NCBI RefSeq assembly: GCF_902713615.1
Contig: NW_024055744.1
Coordinates: 346,593 to 410,592 of the forward strand
Reading direction: 5' to 3'
Length of the DNA: 64,000 bases
From: Scyliorhinus canicula
Taxonomy: Eukaryota
Both the position numbers and the translations under genes were made by a program. This document shows positions 59,960 through 64,000 of this stretch, one piece after another (position 1 is the stretch's first letter; each line of letters begins with the position of its first letter). The notes under the pieces are model-generated. The model saw only the letters and a list, made by a program, of their open reading frames with translations, was not told the DNA's origin and did no database searches.

Positions 59960-60490
59960 CAATCGTCACCTTCCTCCTCTTTTGGTCGGGAAAGTGGAGG
60001 TAAAATGGGTTAGTATTGCCCCTTTGCTCTATTTGTTGGGGAAGTGTGGGTACAGTTGTTTAAATAATGCCGCTCCACTTATTGTTGGAAGCGGGTGGAT
60101 AGTGGATTAACTCAGCCCCCACCATCTCTTTGTAGGGGACGTGAGGGCACAATGTGTTAACTAATGCCCCTCCCCCTCACTTTGCCTGGGAAATGGGGGT
60201 ACAGTGCTTTAAGTAATGCCCCTCTTCCTCTCTTTGTTGAGGAAGTGGGGGTACAGTGTATTAACTAATGCCCCTCCCCCTCTCTCTGTTGGGGAAGTGG
60301 GGGTTCAGTGGAATAACAATTTCCCTTTCCCCTTTCTCTGTTGGGGAAGTGGGGGTACAGTGGATTAACTAATGCCCCTCCCCATCTCTGTTGGGGAAGT
60401 GGGGGTAAAGTGGATTAACTAATGCCCCTCCCCCTCTCTGTTGGGGAAGTGCGGGTACAGTGGATTAACAATTTCACTTTCCCCTCTCTT
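59960..60490. repeat. ~51-bp minisatellite in the CH4-TM1 intron
   Basis: gtacag-like anchors at 60199, 60251, 60303, 60355, 60405, 60455; unit aactaatgcccctccccctctctgttggggaagtgggggtacagtggatt. Confidence 0.88.
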
Positions 60491-60819
60491 TGACTGGGGA
60501 TTGCTGGTCCATGTTTCTGTGTGACCCTCAATTCAGTTCCCAGTGGGTGTGATACAGCAACTTAAAGCTGGCATCAATTTTAAAGGGACGGACAATGGGA
60601 GAAGCAGGAACACCGATACCTAAATGTGATGGGTTTGTTTGTCTTGAATGGTCCGATTTCTCCTCAGCTGGAGGAAAGTCAATGAAGATATTTTGCTGAA
60701 TCCTGTAATGAATGAGTTTTGCTCTGTCTCTAACTCTGAGCTGGGAGATCTGGTTGTATCAGACTTGGTGCCGAGACCTGTAGAAATCCGGGTCTCATTG
60801 AACAGATGTAATATCTGTT

Positions 60820-60980
60820 GGCTGGTTTAGCTCACTCAGCTAAATCGCTGGCTTTTAAAGCACGGTTCGATTCCCGTATCAGCCTCCCCAGACAGGCGCC
60901 GGAATGTGGCGACTAGGGACTTTTCACAGTAACTTCATTGAAGCCTACTCGTGACAATAAGCAATTTTCATTTCATTTTA
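60820..60980 (+). mobile_element. Short tRNA-derived SINE
   Basis: ggctggtttagctcactcagctaaatcgctgg...tttcatttca. Confidence 0.82.
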
Positions 60981-61098
60981 TTTTTCATATCAGCAAAGTG
61001 GAAACACCATTAATTAGGCGGCTGTACATTTAAATCACAATTAGAGGGAAGATAACTTTATTATTTTTATTTTAGTTCGAAATGCAATTGATAGGTTC

Positions 61099-61490
61099 TC
61101 ATTGACATGAATTAACGGTGTCCATCAGAGCGAGTGAAATGTTCACAAAACTGGGTTTACCGCTGGATTTATCAACCGTTCTGTTGATGATCTTCAAGGG
61201 GATGGCTTCATGTCCCACCACACAGGAGTAAGAAGCGCCGCTGGCCCACTCCTCCGCTGCAATGGATAACAGGCTGTACATGAAGAAGGAGCTATTGCCG
61301 TTCTCCGCCATCACCTCGGTGTTCTTGTAGTTCCCGGGATTCACCGGCTTGTCATTGACGGTCCACTTGACGAAGATCTCTCGGGGGGAGAAACCTCTCA
61401 CTAAGCAGCTGAGGGAGACGAATCTCTGAGCGGAGACGTCTTCAGCCGAGGGCAGGAGGACAGAGACGGACGGTTCCCGCGGATTGGGAT
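61099..61490 (-). CDS. ighm: IgM CH4 exon plus secretory tailpiece
   Basis: [17 protein letters not shown]...YSCVVGHEA...[20 protein letters not shown]; internal donor G|GTAAAC at 61160; AATAAA at 61057-61062. Confidence 0.96.
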
Positions 61491-61779
61491 CTGCAGAAAA
61501 TGTACAATAAATGTCAATAAAATGGGGAATTCCGGAGACAATGGAACCGCGGGTTAGATGTGAGAGAAATGTGTTTTGTGTTGGATTTTAAAGGTTTCCA
61601 TTTTCCACTTTGGGATCTGTCCGGTTTCCCAGCTCGGAGCAGAGGTGGACACAATCCTTTTCCCTGAGAATTTACGGATATTGGATTCGTAAGTTTCAGA
61701 AAATGTACAGCAGGGAAACAGGCCATTCGGCCCAACTGTTTCCTGGTGTATAAACTCCACACCAGGCTCCTCCCACCTT

Positions 61780-62770
61780 ACCCCAAGAGGATTGGGAAAC
61801 TGCCAATGTAACACCCTTATTCAAAAGGGTGAATAGGCCAGTGACCTTAACATCTGTCAGTGGAAAACAGTTCGAGTCCATTATAACGGATCCAATAGCT
61901 GAGCATTTAGAAATACTCAATATAATCAAACAGAGTCAGCATGGCTTCGTGAAGGGGAAATCATTTATTGACAAATGTATTGCCCTTATTTGAGGTGATA
62001 ACGAGAAGGCTGGAGAGAGGGGGGGGGGGGGGGCAATAGATGTAATATACATGAATTTCAAAACTGTGTTTAATAAATGAATGTACTATTCCCACGTTTG
62101 CAGATGACAAAAAATAGGTAGAAAGGCAAGTGGTGAGGATTACAGAAAATCCACAGAGGGACAGAGAATGTGAGGTTAGGCACTTTGGTAGGAGGAAGAA
62201 CATAAAGAATTATTATTCAGATGGAGAAATACTGGAGAAAGCTGAAGTAACGGGGGAATTGGGAGTCCTCGTGCAGAAACCACAAAAAGCAAGTTCTGCA
62301 GGTAATATGGAGACAAATTGAATGCTGATCTTTATTTTAAAGGGAATAGAATATAAACATGGGGAAGCCTAGCTAAAACTGGGGAATTAGTTAGACAACA
62401 CCTGATATATTTTGAATAGCTTTGGTGCCCTTATCTAAGGAAGACAGATTGGTTTTGAAGGCAGTCCAGAGAAGGATCACGAGGTTGATCCCGAGTATGG
62501 AGGGATTTTCTTATGGGGAGAGGTTAAGTAGGCTGGGCTGTACTTATTGGAGTTTAGAAGAATGAAGGCGACCTCAGATTCTGGGTCGGTCAGTACACTC
62601 AAGGTTGACGGACACATATTTTAAATCAGTAAAAACTTCAAGAGATATGGGGATAAGGCGGGAAAGAGGAATTGAAGATTATCACATCAGATCAGTCATG
62701 ACCTCACTGAAGGCTGGACCAGTGTTAATGGGCCCAATGGCCTACATGTGCTCCTACGTCTTGTTGTCTA
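61780..62770 (+). mobile_element. Degenerate CR1 fragments in the CH3-CH4 intron
   Basis: tttgcagatgacaaaaaa (FADD), gcatggcttcgtgaagggg. Confidence 0.7.
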
Positions 62771-62990
62771 TGGTCTCGCTTCATCTAAACCCAATATCAC
62801 TGGGTTTAATTCATTGTTCATTCACCTGCATATCAATTTCCCCCTTAAACTCTAAACGCCCAGAGTATTCAGTTAGTGGAATTACCAATCAGAATGGACC
62901 ATAAATACACTGAATGCTAAATACTGACCGCTGCACTGACACTGGAAATAGACACAATGGCTCAATTATTGCTTCAGTCTCACCGCTCAC

Positions 62991-63299
62991 CTATTTTTTT
63001 GTGAATTGAAATTCTTAAAGGAGTTGGCAGGTCCTGATGGCTCGCCACACAGTCAAACACAGCCCCACTCAGCCAGGCTTGTGTCGAGATGTTTAATTTG
63101 CTGACCACGCTCTCAGTATCTGCCCCAGGCTGGTCGGCGATCTCTGATTTCAGCGGCTTCTTCGCTTCACTCCAGGACACGTTGACTCCATAAGGAGCAT
63201 TCGAAATGACGCAGGTTAAGGTTACAGTCGCCTCCAGTAAGACCTGTTCTATTGGTGGTGGCTGTATTGTTACTGAGGCATCAGTGCAAACGGAAGGAT
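62991..63299 (-). CDS. ighm: IgM CH3 exon
   Basis: [43 protein letters not shown]...[13 protein letters not shown]; 309 nt, phase 1 at both ends, canonical AG/GT. Confidence 0.96.
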
Positions 63300-63737
63300 C
63301 TGTGAATGAAAAAAGTGTAAATCAACCCAAGTTTGATCTTCAGAATCAGGTCAGCAGGATTCAGCCTGAACTCTAAATGGGAATAAATCAACTTCGAAAC
63401 ATCAACCTCGAAATAATCAACTTCGAAGCATCAACCCCTAAAGATCGCCTTTAATCCTCGATACGCATTGGAAAATCAGTTTGGTTTCTGAAAACTATTC
63501 TCATTGTGAAATACAGTCAGCCCTGATATCATTCTAACGAATCAGTATTGCAGCATTCCCAATACAAATATTCAATTCCTGATCTCAGGGACGAAGTACT
63601 GGAGGCTGATCCATAAATAGGTTGGATGAACTTTCCAACACTTCCCCCGGAGCTGTTATCAGTTAAAGGTTCCAGACACCCACTGACTCTCAAATATAAT
63701 CAGCTGTCTGAGGATAAAGCTGATATCAAGTCCACCA

Positions 63738-63915
63738 GGGGCTGGTTTAGCACAGGGCTAAATAGCTGACTTTTAAAGTAGACCAAGTAAGGCCAGCAGC
63801 GTGGGTTCAATTCCCATACCAGCCTCCCCGAACAGGCGCCGGAATGTGGCGACGAGGGTTTTTTCACAGTAACTTCATTTGAAGCCTACTTGTGACTATG
63901 AGCGATTTTCATTTC
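63738..63915 (+). mobile_element. Short tRNA-derived SINE
   Basis: ggggctggtttagcacagggctaaatagctg...ttttcatttca. Confidence 0.82.
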
Positions 63916-64000
63916 ATTGATTCACCTCACTCACTAAATTACTTCAAATTATAGGAATACATTTATTTCTATATTCATAAAATCGTGAATGGTCAGCAAT

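Noticed and set aside
59960-60490. Immunoglobulin class-switch region
   Set aside because: Lies downstream of CH4, lacks AGCT pentamer density; canonical switch regions are not known in sharks
62991-63299. IgW or IgNAR assignment
   Set aside because: CH3 and CH4 sequences and the tail [20 protein letters not shown] fit shark IgM as recalled; a database alignment would confirm

Overview
Cartilaginous-fish (shark, catshark-like by inference) genomic DNA, rich in transposons. It contains: (1) a birth-and-death cluster of C2H2 zinc-finger genes with no KRAB domain visible here, comprising three open arrays (15, 17 and 12 fingers, - strand), at least five remnants and three CpG-island-like promoters carrying NRF1/YY1 motifs; (2) a LINGO-family LRR-Ig gene on the + strand, with a predicted 14-nt coding first exon, two opposite frameshifts and a ~44-aa insertion in its Ig domain; (3) two copies of a decayed class I (gamma/epsilon-like) endogenous retrovirus pol-env segment, duplicated together with a ZNF gene in a ~6 kb block, with one copy fused to a ZNF 3' remnant at an 8-bp microhomology; (4) the 3' half of a shark IgM heavy-chain cluster (CH3, CH4 plus secretory tail, TM1, TM2; - strand) that continues beyond the window; (5) many CR1, L2, Rex1/Babar and L1 fragments, tRNA-derived SINEs, a solo LTR with TSD, minisatellites, and Penelope-like remnants with degenerate minimal hammerhead-ribozyme folds. 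Repeat boundaries are approximate, read by eye; family names rest on motif recognition, not database searches.
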